A stretch of DNA of 63,684 bases, counting the filler. It is 5 parts of 5 records of this genome, joined end to end, with 100 filler letters (N's around TTAATTAATTAA, not from the genome) between each part and the next. Parts side by side here need not be neighbours in the genome. Positions count along the whole stretch, not along the records: positions 26,337 to 37,585 come from SRR31156797_12947; positions 37,686 to 50,410 come from SRR31156797_12952; 3 more parts are not named here. The stretch is one strand, 5' to 3'. Both the position numbers and the translations under genes were made by a program. Within the stretch, counting starts at the first letter, position 1. Each line of letters begins with the position of its first letter. This document shows positions 32,016 through 40,454 of this stretch, piece by piece. Under the pieces are notes generated by a model. That model made no database searches. It had not been told where the DNA came from and worked only from the letters and a program-made list of their open reading frames with translations.

Positions 32016-32870
32016 CTACTCTCTTCTTTTTAAATATTTCTTATATGAAAGAGTTGCAAGAGATCCTTCACTTAAGCCGAGTAAAGCTTCATATTCACTC
32101 TTATTTTTTGTTGAAAGAGTTTCAGATAGAGTAATGCTATTTTCATCAATGAATTCATAAGAGAAAGTAGAAGTAAATGAAGTATCAGGGAGAAATTCTA
32201 ATAAATAATTAAGCGTTAAAAGTTTATTATTAGTTTTCCATGTTCCATAAAATGGTTCCATAACATCTAGAGCAAGATTATAGCCAAGGATATTCATATT
32301 TTCATAGAACTCAATAGTATTGATGTTAATTTTTTCAAACCATTTAATATCTTTTATTTCAATTAATTCATCTTTAGATATTGTTTTTTGTTGTGCAAAT
32401 AAATTGATTTCAATTGCTAAGATAGATTCCGTATCATCTTCTGAAGCATTTCCAATGGCAGAAAACACACCATTCCGAAGATCAAAATTTGCCACATCAA
32501 ACGAATATCTTTTATTATTATAATTAAAACTAAGATAGTTTCCATATACTTGAAGGAATAAATCTTGATTGTAAAAAATATATCCTCCGAAAACATTATT
32601 TCCGCTAAGACTAAATTGATTATTACTGGCTGCAATATCCTCTCCTGAAATAATGAAACTTCCTATCCAAGGTGAATTATATAAGTCAGGAATGACTTGA
32701 TCTATATTTGAAGTAATCAGGTAATTATGCTCTGATGAATCCCATTCGCCTAAGAACTTTTCATCTATATCTATAATATTTTCCTTAGTAGAGTTTTGAG
32801 TATTATCTAAATCTAGAAAATAACAACCATTAAATCCAATAATGAAAAAGAATATTAATAAAATTTTCAT
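32016..32870 (-). CDS. Hypothetical lipoprotein (beta-rich)
   Basis: MKILLIFFFIIGFNGC lipobox-like signal; FLGEW and FYGTW strands; GGAGG RBS. Confidence 0.7.
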   Translation of the reverse strand: MKILLIFFFIIGFNGCYFLDLDNTQNSTKENIIDIDEKFLGEWDSSEHNYLITSNIDQVIPDLYNSPWIGSFIISGEDIAASNNQFSLSGNNVFGGYIFYNQDLFLQVYGNYLSFNYNNKRYSFDVANFDLRNGVFSAIGNASEDDTESILAIEINLFAQQKTISKDELIEIKDIKWFEKININTIEFYENMNILGYNLALDVMEPFYGTWKTNNKLLTLNYLLEFLPDTSFTSTFSYEFIDENSITLSETLSTKNKSEYEALLGLSEGSLATLSYKKYLKRRE

Positions 32871-32985
32871 TTTATCTCTTCCCTCCGATAATCATGAAAT
32901 AGATTATATTTGAAAACAATAAGTGTTTTTTTATTAAGTATAACATTGAGAATTTCCAAATGCAAAATTATCTAAATTAGAATTT

Positions 32986-33072
32986 CTATTTAACGATACT
33001 AGTATCAAACTCAATTTCCATTCTTCTCTTGCATTCATCTATTTCTAAGTCCGTTATAAATGCTACTTCCAT
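32986..33072 (-). CDS. 28-aa small ORF or gene remnant
   Basis: AAGGAG RBS, then MEVAFITDLEIDECKRRMEIEFDTSIVK*; too short for the ORF track. Confidence 0.4.
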   Translation of the reverse strand: MEVAFITDLEIDECKRRMEIEFDTSIVK

Positions 33073-33122
33073 ATCGTGCACTCCTTTTTGATATATATCA
33101 ACCGTTTAATCAAGAGTTGCTA

Positions 33123-33956
33123 TTAAACTCTCTCCAAACAATTCAAAGGAGCCCAAGCTTTTTTATTCTTCTCCCCTTCTTTATACCCCCATATCCATCC
33201 ATTCAGCTCTTTCTCGCCAATAATTTTTTCACCAAAAACTATATCAAACTCTGTTGCATCATAATCTTCTGTAATAATACCTGAATTTCCATCTATATCT
33301 ATAATTTGTTTTGGTATCCATCCTTCATTATCATGAGTCTTGCATAGTACCCAATTAGGCCAATCTCCGTTTGGATTAGATTCCTCTAAAATAGTTATTT
33401 TTTCACCTTTTGAAATTTTAACCGGATTTTCAAACTCACTTTTTCTATTCTCTATTACTTTATACATATATTTATCGCTCCTTTTCAAATCATAGGTAAA
33501 AACCTCTGTAATCTGACCAACATCATCTTTAGTAGTTATGAAATATTTCCAACCTAGTTCAGTGTAATAAGTTGCTGCATGTTCAGTTCGGAGATACAGT
33601 ATCGAATATCCCATATCTTTTGTAATATCAATTACTCTGTTTATTAATAATTTGGCGATTCCTTTTCCTCTGTACTGCTTATCCACATATAGAGAACCAA
33701 GCCAAGGAGTATAATCTAAGCTTTTTAGATCATTTTTAAAGATAGATACAGTTCCTACACATTTATCATTTTCTATAGCCAGAAGTGTAATAGGAAAACT
33801 GTCTGTTTTAACTAATTGAAGAATTCCTTCTATTTGATTAACTGTCACTGTAGGTCGAATTCCTTCAACAAATTCCTTATAAATCCAATGTGCAATTGTA
33901 GATAAGTATTGTTTATTTTCTGCTAAGTATTTTATCTTGATATTAATCACCTTCAT
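33123..33956 (-). CDS. GNAT acetyltransferase fused in frame to a tandem SH3-like domain protein
   Basis: N-half PWLGSLYVDKQYRGKGIA...LYLRT (GNAT); C-half KGEKI...WPNWVLC...EGWIPK and EDYDATE...NGWIWG...AWAPLNCL (two SH3-like repeats). Confidence 0.8.
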   Translation of the reverse strand: MKVINIKIKYLAENKQYLSTIAHWIYKEFVEGIRPTVTVNQIEGILQLVKTDSFPITLLAIENDKCVGTVSIFKNDLKSLDYTPWLGSLYVDKQYRGKGIAKLLINRVIDITKDMGYSILYLRTEHAATYYTELGWKYFITTKDDVGQITEVFTYDLKRSDKYMYKVIENRKSEFENPVKISKGEKITILEESNPNGDWPNWVLCKTHDNEGWIPKQIIDIDGNSGIITEDYDATEFDIVFGEKIIGEKELNGWIWGYKEGEKNKKAWAPLNCLERV

Positions 33957-34022
33957 ATTTCATAGTTGTTAGGTTATTATAGCATCTGAGTATTCAATAT
34001 TCAAGAACATCAAAAACTATAG

Positions 34023-34051
34023 TTGCGCTTATGTAAAATACACAGTATAAT
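34023..34051 (+). promoter_or_regulatory. Sigma70-type promoter
   Basis: TTGCGC-17 nt-TATAAT, then AGGAGG RBS at 34075-34080. Confidence 0.65.
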
Positions 34052-34084
34052 ATAATGGTAAATGTAGATTTGGTAGGAGGAAAG

Positions 34085-34816
34085 ATGAATCTAAAATATA
34101 AAGAATATGAAGGTTGGATTTATCCATTAGATGGATATTTGTATAATGGAAAGTCCTGCGAAAATTTATATCTGTTTGAGAAAGATGGAGCGAAAAGTAG
34201 TTATATTATAGAAAAAGGAAAAAAAAGAGTAACAGCAAACAAAAATGGATTTAAAATTTCACTTGCTAAAATAAAAAAGAAGTTGGAAGATCAAAAAAGA
34301 TATATGTTTTATATAGAGGCAAAAGGTAAAAACCAGGGGAACAAAACGACTTATTTTTTTAATGCTTGGGCCTATGAAAAAGACAATGCGCTTAAAATGA
34401 TTGATGTAGAGGTTGAGAGAATAGAGAGAGAGCGTAGACGTCAACGTAGAAGAGATGAGTTGATGGAATCATATGTGGAAAAAGCAGAGGATATAATAAA
34501 AGCTGTACATGATATGAAGAAAATAACGGATTATGAGAAGATTCTAAGTGATGAATTACCAAAACTTTTACAGATAGAGAAAGTATTGAAAAATGGATAT
34601 TTCGCACTTAATATTCATGATAAAATGAAGAGAAAATCACTTCAAACAAGAAAAGCAATTGCAAAAGAAAGACTTGATGAAGTAAAAGTTCGAATTAAAG
34701 ATGAACTAGATAAAAATCCTAAAATACCAGTTAAGGAGCTTGCGGCTATATTAGGGGTAAGTAGAGAGTATGTGTATAAGCATAACTTACATGTGTATAT
34801 TAAAGAGATGAGATAA
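34085..34816 (+). CDS. Hypothetical basic protein with C-terminal helix-turn-helix
   Basis: C-terminal NPKIPVKELAAILGVSREYVYKH is a typical HTH; the remainder is not recognised. Confidence 0.7.
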   Translation: MNLKYKEYEGWIYPLDGYLYNGKSCENLYLFEKDGAKSSYIIEKGKKRVTANKNGFKISLAKIKKKLEDQKRYMFYIEAKGKNQGNKTTYFFNAWAYEKDNALKMIDVEVERIERERRRQRRRDELMESYVEKAEDIIKAVHDMKKITDYEKILSDELPKLLQIEKVLKNGYFALNIHDKMKRKSLQTRKAIAKERLDEVKVRIKDELDKNPKIPVKELAAILGVSREYVYKHNLHVYIKEMR

Positions 34817-34820
34817 ATGT

Positions 34821-34857
34821 GGAAGAGTATATTTGTTTATGAATATACTCTTTTTTT
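34821..34857 (+). terminator. Intrinsic terminator
   Basis: AAGAGTATATT...AATATACTCTT followed by a T run. Confidence 0.8.
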
Positions 34858-35018
34858 AATGTGTTAGGAAAGTATAAACTTTAAAGTTTTCATTTTATAA
34901 TTATTTTTTTCAATAAAAGTTCATTGTGAATATACAAAAAAGAGGGAATTGGATTTTTTAAAGAATAGTATATAGTGTATTATGATTTAATACTAAATAA
35001 AATATGGAGGGAATGCCG

Positions 35019-37475
35019 ATGAAAAGAAAAATTAAATTAATATTTACTCTAATTGCTCTGTTAGCATTAGTATCATGTTCAAGCGCTGATAAAAAAGAGG
35101 AACTTGTACTTGAAAAACAACAAGTAGATACTAACAAAAATTTAAGAGCTGAGAAGAAAGTTTTCAAAGAAAAACCGTTGCAAACTCTATTAAATGAAGA
35201 AGATGTTGAACTTACGAGATTAGAAAAAACTATGTATGGAGTAAAAGTAACGTCAAGCGTACAACATCTATTTGATGGCTTTTTAAATGGTGATAGTGAA
35301 TTAGCATTTGAGGCAATTGAGAAAAATCAAACTAATGATGAAAAGCCAATTTTACAATGGCAAGTTGAACTCGTAAGAATTCAATTATTAATGCAATTAG
35401 GATTAGAGGAAGAAGCACTCGAAGCTGTTAAAGTAGCTTCTGAATTAGAAAAAAATCAATTTTATAATAATCTAAATAGTTTAGCTCTTTATGCAGAAAT
35501 TCATGCTAAAATGGGAAACTATGATGAAGCTGAGGAAACGGCTAAATCTGTATTATTAACTCTTGAGGATTGGGAATTTCTAACTGAATATGAATCAAAA
35601 CCAAATAATATAGTTGATAATACAGTAAAATTAACTGCTCAATTAAGAGCTTATACAACATTAGCAGTAATACATAACATGAAAGAGGATTATGAAGAAT
35701 CATTGCATTGGTCAACTGAAGCAGAAAAAAGATTTAATGGTTTATTTTATGTATCTAATCATGGAAAATATAGTGATTATATAAATTTAACTTTAGATAT
35801 ATATTATGAAAGAGCACAAAATCTTCTTTTGAAAGCTACAGCAAAAACTGCACTTGGTTATAGTGAAGAAGAAGTAGAAAATGAATTCATGCAAGTACAG
35901 AAATTTTATGAATTAGTTGATTACAAAAAAGGTATGGCGGATATTTTATTATATAAATTAGAAGCTTATAATAAAACAGGACAATTAGAGAAAGCTAATA
36001 AAATAGGAGTAGACGCGTATAACTATTCAACTGATAACTCATTATTCGATCATATGTGGAGAGTTGAAGTAATAAGAGGTGTTACATTTAAAAATTTACA
36101 AATGCCAGAGGAAGCTGAAAAAGCACTTAGAAATGCTAATAAAATAATTAATGATCTAAGTGGAACATTTTCATATAATAGCAGTAAAAAAAGATTTAGA
36201 GTTGTGCAACAAGATATCTTTGAAAACTTAGTTAAATTTGATTTAGGAAAAGAGGAGTATTCGCAACTATTTTATGATCTTGAAAGTTACAACGCAAGAT
36301 TAATTTTAGATGAAACAGATATATCACTTCTTAGAAGTAATAAGAATGAAAAAGTTTTAGAAGATTTACAACTACTTGATATGGAGATACGTGCTCTTAA
36401 TTTTGAAATAAATAGTACAGGAGATATGAAAAAGCCAATTAAAAACTTTAATAAACTAATTGATAAAAAAGAAAAATTACTAAAAAAAATGGGTAAAAAA
36501 GATTCTCGGCTTGTTTCATATATAGTTGTTAAACCTGATAGTTTAAATGAAGTACAAAAAAAATTAAAATCAGATGAAACTATTGTATATTTCCTGCCTA
36601 TGTCTCAAACTCAGCAAATTAAGTATTTAAAAATTGAGAAGAAAAAAGCTGAATTAATCGAATTAAATCTAATAGGAAAAGAACTAAGAAAGTATTTGAA
36701 GAAATTACAAGACGGACTAATGTTAGGAAATATTGATGTAATTAGTTCAAAATCAAAACTTGATACTCAAACGATAGATAACACAGTAGAGTTATTAAAC
36801 ACTTATTTAGAAGTAAAAGAAATGTTTAAAATGGATAAAACTTATATAATTGCAAATAACGATTTAGAATTTATACCTTGGGGAATGTTAGATATAAATA
36901 AACAATTTAGTATTATTCCTAATGGAAGTTGGTTAAACTATGAGGGAGCTTCATATAAATTTAATAATAACAGATTAGTAACAGGAGAGAAAAAGAAAGA
37001 GACTATTAAAATTAAAGGTGCTAAACTACTTACAGATAAAAAACTTACTGAGAAGAATTTAAGAAAAAGAGTGAATAATGGAATTGGAGTTGTTCATTTT
37101 ACAACTAAAACAGATAATGAAATGATTAGAGTTAACTCTAGTGAAACTATAAGCAAAAGAGAAATTTTTACAGAGCCATTACCTATTGCTTTAGTTGTTT
37201 TTGCTAATCATAATGCAGAGTTAAATAAAATAGAAGAAGGGAAAGATAGAATAAAAATCCAAGATGCATTTTATGCAAATGGAACGACTGCTATTCTTAG
37301 TACTCTATGGTTAGTTGAAGATGAAGCAACTGAGATGTTTATGAAAGAGTTTTATAAACAGGTAAAAAAAGGGAATTACTCAAAGGGATATCTAAATGCA
37401 AGAAATTTACTTAAGAAAAAGGGATATCCTGCATCAATTTATGGTTCATTCATATTAGAAGGACTGGATGATTAG
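35019..37475 (+). CDS. TPR-like plus CHAT-domain lipoprotein (catalytic dyad apparently lost)
   Basis: Lipobox LVSC; helical repeats; CHAT hallmarks IIANNDLEFIPWGML, AILSTLWLVEDEATEMFMKEFY, YPASIYGSFILEG. Confidence 0.82.
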   Translation: MKRKIKLIFTLIALLALVSCSSADKKEELVLEKQQVDTNKNLRAEKKVFKEKPLQTLLNEEDVELTRLEKTMYGVKVTSSVQHLFDGFLNGDSELAFEAIEKNQTNDEKPILQWQVELVRIQLLMQLGLEEEALEAVKVASELEKNQFYNNLNSLALYAEIHAKMGNYDEAEETAKSVLLTLEDWEFLTEYESKPNNIVDNTVKLTAQLRAYTTLAVIHNMKEDYEESLHWSTEAEKRFNGLFYVSNHGKYSDYINLTLDIYYERAQNLLLKATAKTALGYSEEEVENEFMQVQKFYELVDYKKGMADILLYKLEAYNKTGQLEKANKIGVDAYNYSTDNSLFDHMWRVEVIRGVTFKNLQMPEEAEKALRNANKIINDLSGTFSYNSSKKRFRVVQQDIFENLVKFDLGKEEYSQLFYDLESYNARLILDETDISLLRSNKNEKVLEDLQLLDMEIRALNFEINSTGDMKKPIKNFNKLIDKKEKLLKKMGKKDSRLVSYIVVKPDSLNEVQKKLKSDETIVYFLPMSQTQQIKYLKIEKKKAELIELNLIGKELRKYLKKLQDGLMLGNIDVISSKSKLDTQTIDNTVELLNTYLEVKEMFKMDKTYIIANNDLEFIPWGMLDINKQFSIIPNGSWLNYEGASYKFNNNRLVTGEKKKETIKIKGAKLLTDKKLTEKNLRKRVNNGIGVVHFTTKTDNEMIRVNSSETISKREIFTEPLPIALVVFANHNAELNKIEEGKDRIKIQDAFYANGTTAILSTLWLVEDEATEMFMKEFYKQVKKGNYSKGYLNARNLLKKKGYPASIYGSFILEGLDD

Positions 37476-37491
37476 TTTAAGTAAAAAACTC

Positions 37492-37521
37492 TTGACAAGA
37501 CTCCTTTAGTTAAGTTATACT
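37492..37521 (+). promoter_or_regulatory. Sigma70 promoter upstream of the riboswitch
   Basis: TTGACA-18 nt-TATACT. Confidence 0.7.
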
Positions 37522-37560
37522 AGACATAAGCAAAGAGATTTTATAAAATTAAATAAAAAA

Positions 37561-37585
37561 CTTCAGGGCAGGGTGAAATTCCCGA
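37561..37585 (+). ncRNA. FMN riboswitch (RFN element), 5' fragment cut by segment end
   Basis: CTTCAGGGCAGGGTGAAATTCCCGA matches the conserved RFN 5' motif. Confidence 0.85.
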
Positions 37586-37685
37586 NNNNNNNNNNNNNNN
37601 NNNNNNNNNNNNNNNNNNNNNNNNNNNNNTTAATTAATTAANNNNNNNNNNNNNNNNNNNNNNNNNNNNNNNNNNNNNNNNNNNN
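37586..37685. other. Artificial contig linker
   Basis: N runs around TTAATTAATTAA. Confidence 0.98.
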
Positions 37686-37719
37686 CTTTGGCCCTCGGAG
37701 AGCCGCCGGAGGCATCTTA

Positions 37720-39450
37720 ATGATCGAAAAGTATTATCAGAGGGAACTGAGCCATTTGCGTGAATTGGCGGTGGAATTTTCCAAGACCCACCCCGCGCTG
37801 GCTCCCATGTTGACCGGACCGGGTGCTGATCCTGATGTGGAACGGCTTCTGGAAGGCTCGGCATTTCTGTCCGGTATGATCAACCAGAAGCTGGATGATG
37901 AATTCCCGGAGATAGTACATGGTCTGGTGCAGCTTATTTTTCCGCACTATTTGCGGCCTATCCCTTCTACTACAATTGTTAAATTTACACCCAAACCAAG
38001 CTTGATGGAAAGTATCCGGGTTCCGGCGGGGGCACAAATAGGTTCTATTCCGGTCAGCGGTGCATCATGTATTTTTTCGACAACTTATGACGTGGATCTT
38101 CATCCGCTTTCCATCATCGATGTGGAACTGGTTAAAAGTGCAGGAACCTCCGGTACCCTGACTATCAATCTGGAATTGAATGGTCTTCCTCTGGATGAAT
38201 GGGAGAATTCCAGTTTGCGTTTCCATCTGACCGGTGATGCGGCCTCCGCCTCCATGCGCTATAAATTTTTATTCAATTACATCCGCGATATTCAGATTAG
38301 CGGTGAAGACGGAAGCTTGTGCGTACTGGGGAAGAGCAATTTCAAAGCTGTCGGTTTTGAGGATGAGGAAGCCCTGCTACCTTATCCCTCGCAATCTTTT
38401 CCGGGCTACCGAATTTTGCAGGAATACTTTATCCTGCCGGAAAAATTTCTTTTTTTTGAGATAACCGGGTTGGATAACTGGCGTAACCGGGGCAGCTCTG
38501 GAAAATTCAAGATCGTTTTGGATCTGGAAAAGGTTCCTCATACTTTCAACCGCTTTACCAAAGAGGATCTTTGCCTGTTCGCCACTCCGGCTATTAATTT
38601 GTTCAAGCGTGATGCCGAGCCAGTGATTCTGGATCATAAGCGCCCGGAATATCAGGTCCGTCCTTCGGGTGATTCCGGTGGCGATTATCAGGTTTACTCA
38701 GTGGATTCCGTGGTCGGTTATGTGCAGGGTACGGTGGAGGAAAAGCCGTACAAACCTTTCCATATGTTTAATCCTCAGGCCGGGGAAATGCCTGTCTATA
38801 CGGTGCACCACCGTCGTTCCCCGGTGCGGGATAAAACAGATATTTTTGTCTCTGTGGCTTATCCGGCGCAGGGAGATGAGCCTGTAACTGAAACCCTGTC
38901 TATGGCTCTGACCTGCACCAACGGCACCTTGCCGGAAAAGTTGCGTTACGGGGATATCAGCAAGCCCACCGGGACCTCTCCGGAGTTGGCTTCATTTGAA
39001 AATATCCGTCAGCCAACATCCCCGGTACAGCCTCCGCTGGGCAGGAACCTGCTTTGGCGGCTGCTTTCACATTTGTATTTGAACTATCTGTCCGTGGCTG
39101 ATGTGGAAAGTCTGCGGGCCATGGTTAAGCTTTACGTTTTTACCGATACCCGTGACCGGGGCGCGGTGGTGGCAAACACCAAAAGGGTGGACGCCATTTC
39201 CGGCATGGAGGTCAGCGAAGGAGACCGTCTGGTGCGCGGTCTGGTTATGCGTGGTCGGGAGATTAAGATGTCGCTTAGCTGTGACGGGTTTGCCAACAGC
39301 GGTGATCTCTATCTTTTTAGTTCGGTGATGAACCGTTTTTTTTCAGGCTATGCCTCGGTAAATTGTTTCACCCGGCTGACTGTTGAGGATACCTTAAACA
39401 AGGAGATCTACAAGTGGACTGCGATGATCGGAAACCGTCCGCTTCTGTAA
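37720..39450 (+). CDS. tssF: T6SS baseplate subunit TssF
   Basis: YYQRELSHLRE, DPDVERLLEG, PHYLRPIPS, LQEYFILPEKF, TPAINLF, WRLLSHL. Confidence 0.96.
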   Translation: MIEKYYQRELSHLRELAVEFSKTHPALAPMLTGPGADPDVERLLEGSAFLSGMINQKLDDEFPEIVHGLVQLIFPHYLRPIPSTTIVKFTPKPSLMESIRVPAGAQIGSIPVSGASCIFSTTYDVDLHPLSIIDVELVKSAGTSGTLTINLELNGLPLDEWENSSLRFHLTGDAASASMRYKFLFNYIRDIQISGEDGSLCVLGKSNFKAVGFEDEEALLPYPSQSFPGYRILQEYFILPEKFLFFEITGLDNWRNRGSSGKFKIVLDLEKVPHTFNRFTKEDLCLFATPAINLFKRDAEPVILDHKRPEYQVRPSGDSGGDYQVYSVDSVVGYVQGTVEEKPYKPFHMFNPQAGEMPVYTVHHRRSPVRDKTDIFVSVAYPAQGDEPVTETLSMALTCTNGTLPEKLRYGDISKPTGTSPELASFENIRQPTSPVQPPLGRNLLWRLLSHLYLNYLSVADVESLRAMVKLYVFTDTRDRGAVVANTKRVDAISGMEVSEGDRLVRGLVMRGREIKMSLSCDGFANSGDLYLFSSVMNRFFSGYASVNCFTRLTVEDTLNKEIYKWTAMIGNRPLL

Positions 39451-40454
39451 CTGGAAACCTGTTCGAAAAACCGACCGGGTATTCCTTTTTTCAGGCTCTA
39501 CGTCTGCTGCGGCTGCATTCGCATAACTGCACGGGCAAGGAGCTTGAAGAATTCTTTCGTGATCACCTACGGGTGCGTCCGCAGCTTTCCCTTGGTTTTC
39601 CGGCAACCGATCTAACCGACATTGAAGAGGAAGAACGGGAAGACGGCGATCTTTATCGTATCGAAGCTACTTTTCTGGGACTTTACGGTGCTTCCTCTCC
39701 GCTCCCGGTTTTTTATACTGAAGAATTGCTGGCCGAGGCTTCGGAAGACAAATCCGTTACCCGCGATTTCCTGAACATTCTTAATAACAACTCTTACATA
39801 CAATTTTTCCGGGCCTGGAGCCGTTCCCGGCTGATGGTTAAGGCTGTGGATGAGCAAGATAATTCCTGGCTGGAGCGTCTGGACAGTCTTCTCGGTTATG
39901 GTCACTACAAGGCTTTTTCCCATGTTCCGCCTGAATGCCGCCGTTATCGTCATATCGGTCTTTTGACCCAATATCCGCGAAGTGCGCTGGGACTTGAAAC
40001 CCTGCTCAAGGATTCCCTTAGGCATGGTGAAATTCATGTGGAGCAATGCGTGTTGCGCAAGGTCAAGATTCCCGAAGACCAGCGTTTTTGTCTTGGGCAA
40101 AATTCCAATGCGCTCGGTGAGAGGTCTTGGATCGGTGAGGAACTGGAAGACCGTAACAGTAAATTCGCAGTACACCTGCAGGGCCTTGATTCAGCTCGTT
40201 TTCACACATTGTTGCCCGGAACCGAGGGCGGGGATAAACTGGATAATTTGGTGCGTGGCTATCTGGTAGAGCCGTTCAAATATGATCTGGTTCTTGAAAT
40301 GAAGCCCGGCGAGGCCAACCCCGCAGTACTGGGGGGGGAACAATGGTCCGGTCTTGGCTGCGATACCTGGGTTTTTGCCGGAGAACATCTGGAATATGCA
40401 AAAGCGTCTTTTCCCAATAAAGGCGGACACATCCATGAGAGGTATGAAGCATGA
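39414..40454 (+). CDS. tssG: T6SS baseplate subunit TssG
   Basis: YSFFQALRLL, SLGFPATD, FLGLYGASSPLP; follows tssF. Confidence 0.94.
   Translation: MDCDDRKPSASVTGNLFEKPTGYSFFQALRLLRLHSHNCTGKELEEFFRDHLRVRPQLSLGFPATDLTDIEEEEREDGDLYRIEATFLGLYGASSPLPVFYTEELLAEASEDKSVTRDFLNILNNNSYIQFFRAWSRSRLMVKAVDEQDNSWLERLDSLLGYGHYKAFSHVPPECRRYRHIGLLTQYPRSALGLETLLKDSLRHGEIHVEQCVLRKVKIPEDQRFCLGQNSNALGERSWIGEELEDRNSKFAVHLQGLDSARFHTLLPGTEGGDKLDNLVRGYLVEPFKYDLVLEMKPGEANPAVLGGEQWSGLGCDTWVFAGEHLEYAKASFPNKGGHIHERYEA

Noticed and set aside
31900-34050. Short variable genes as possible integron cassettes
   Set aside because: I could not find paired RYYYAAC/GTTRRRY attC structures or an integrase.
35019-37475. CHAT protein as a CRISPR-associated (Csx29/Craspase-like) or defence caspase
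   Set aside because: No cas genes or array nearby; the protein has a lipoprotein signal and lacks the catalytic dyad.
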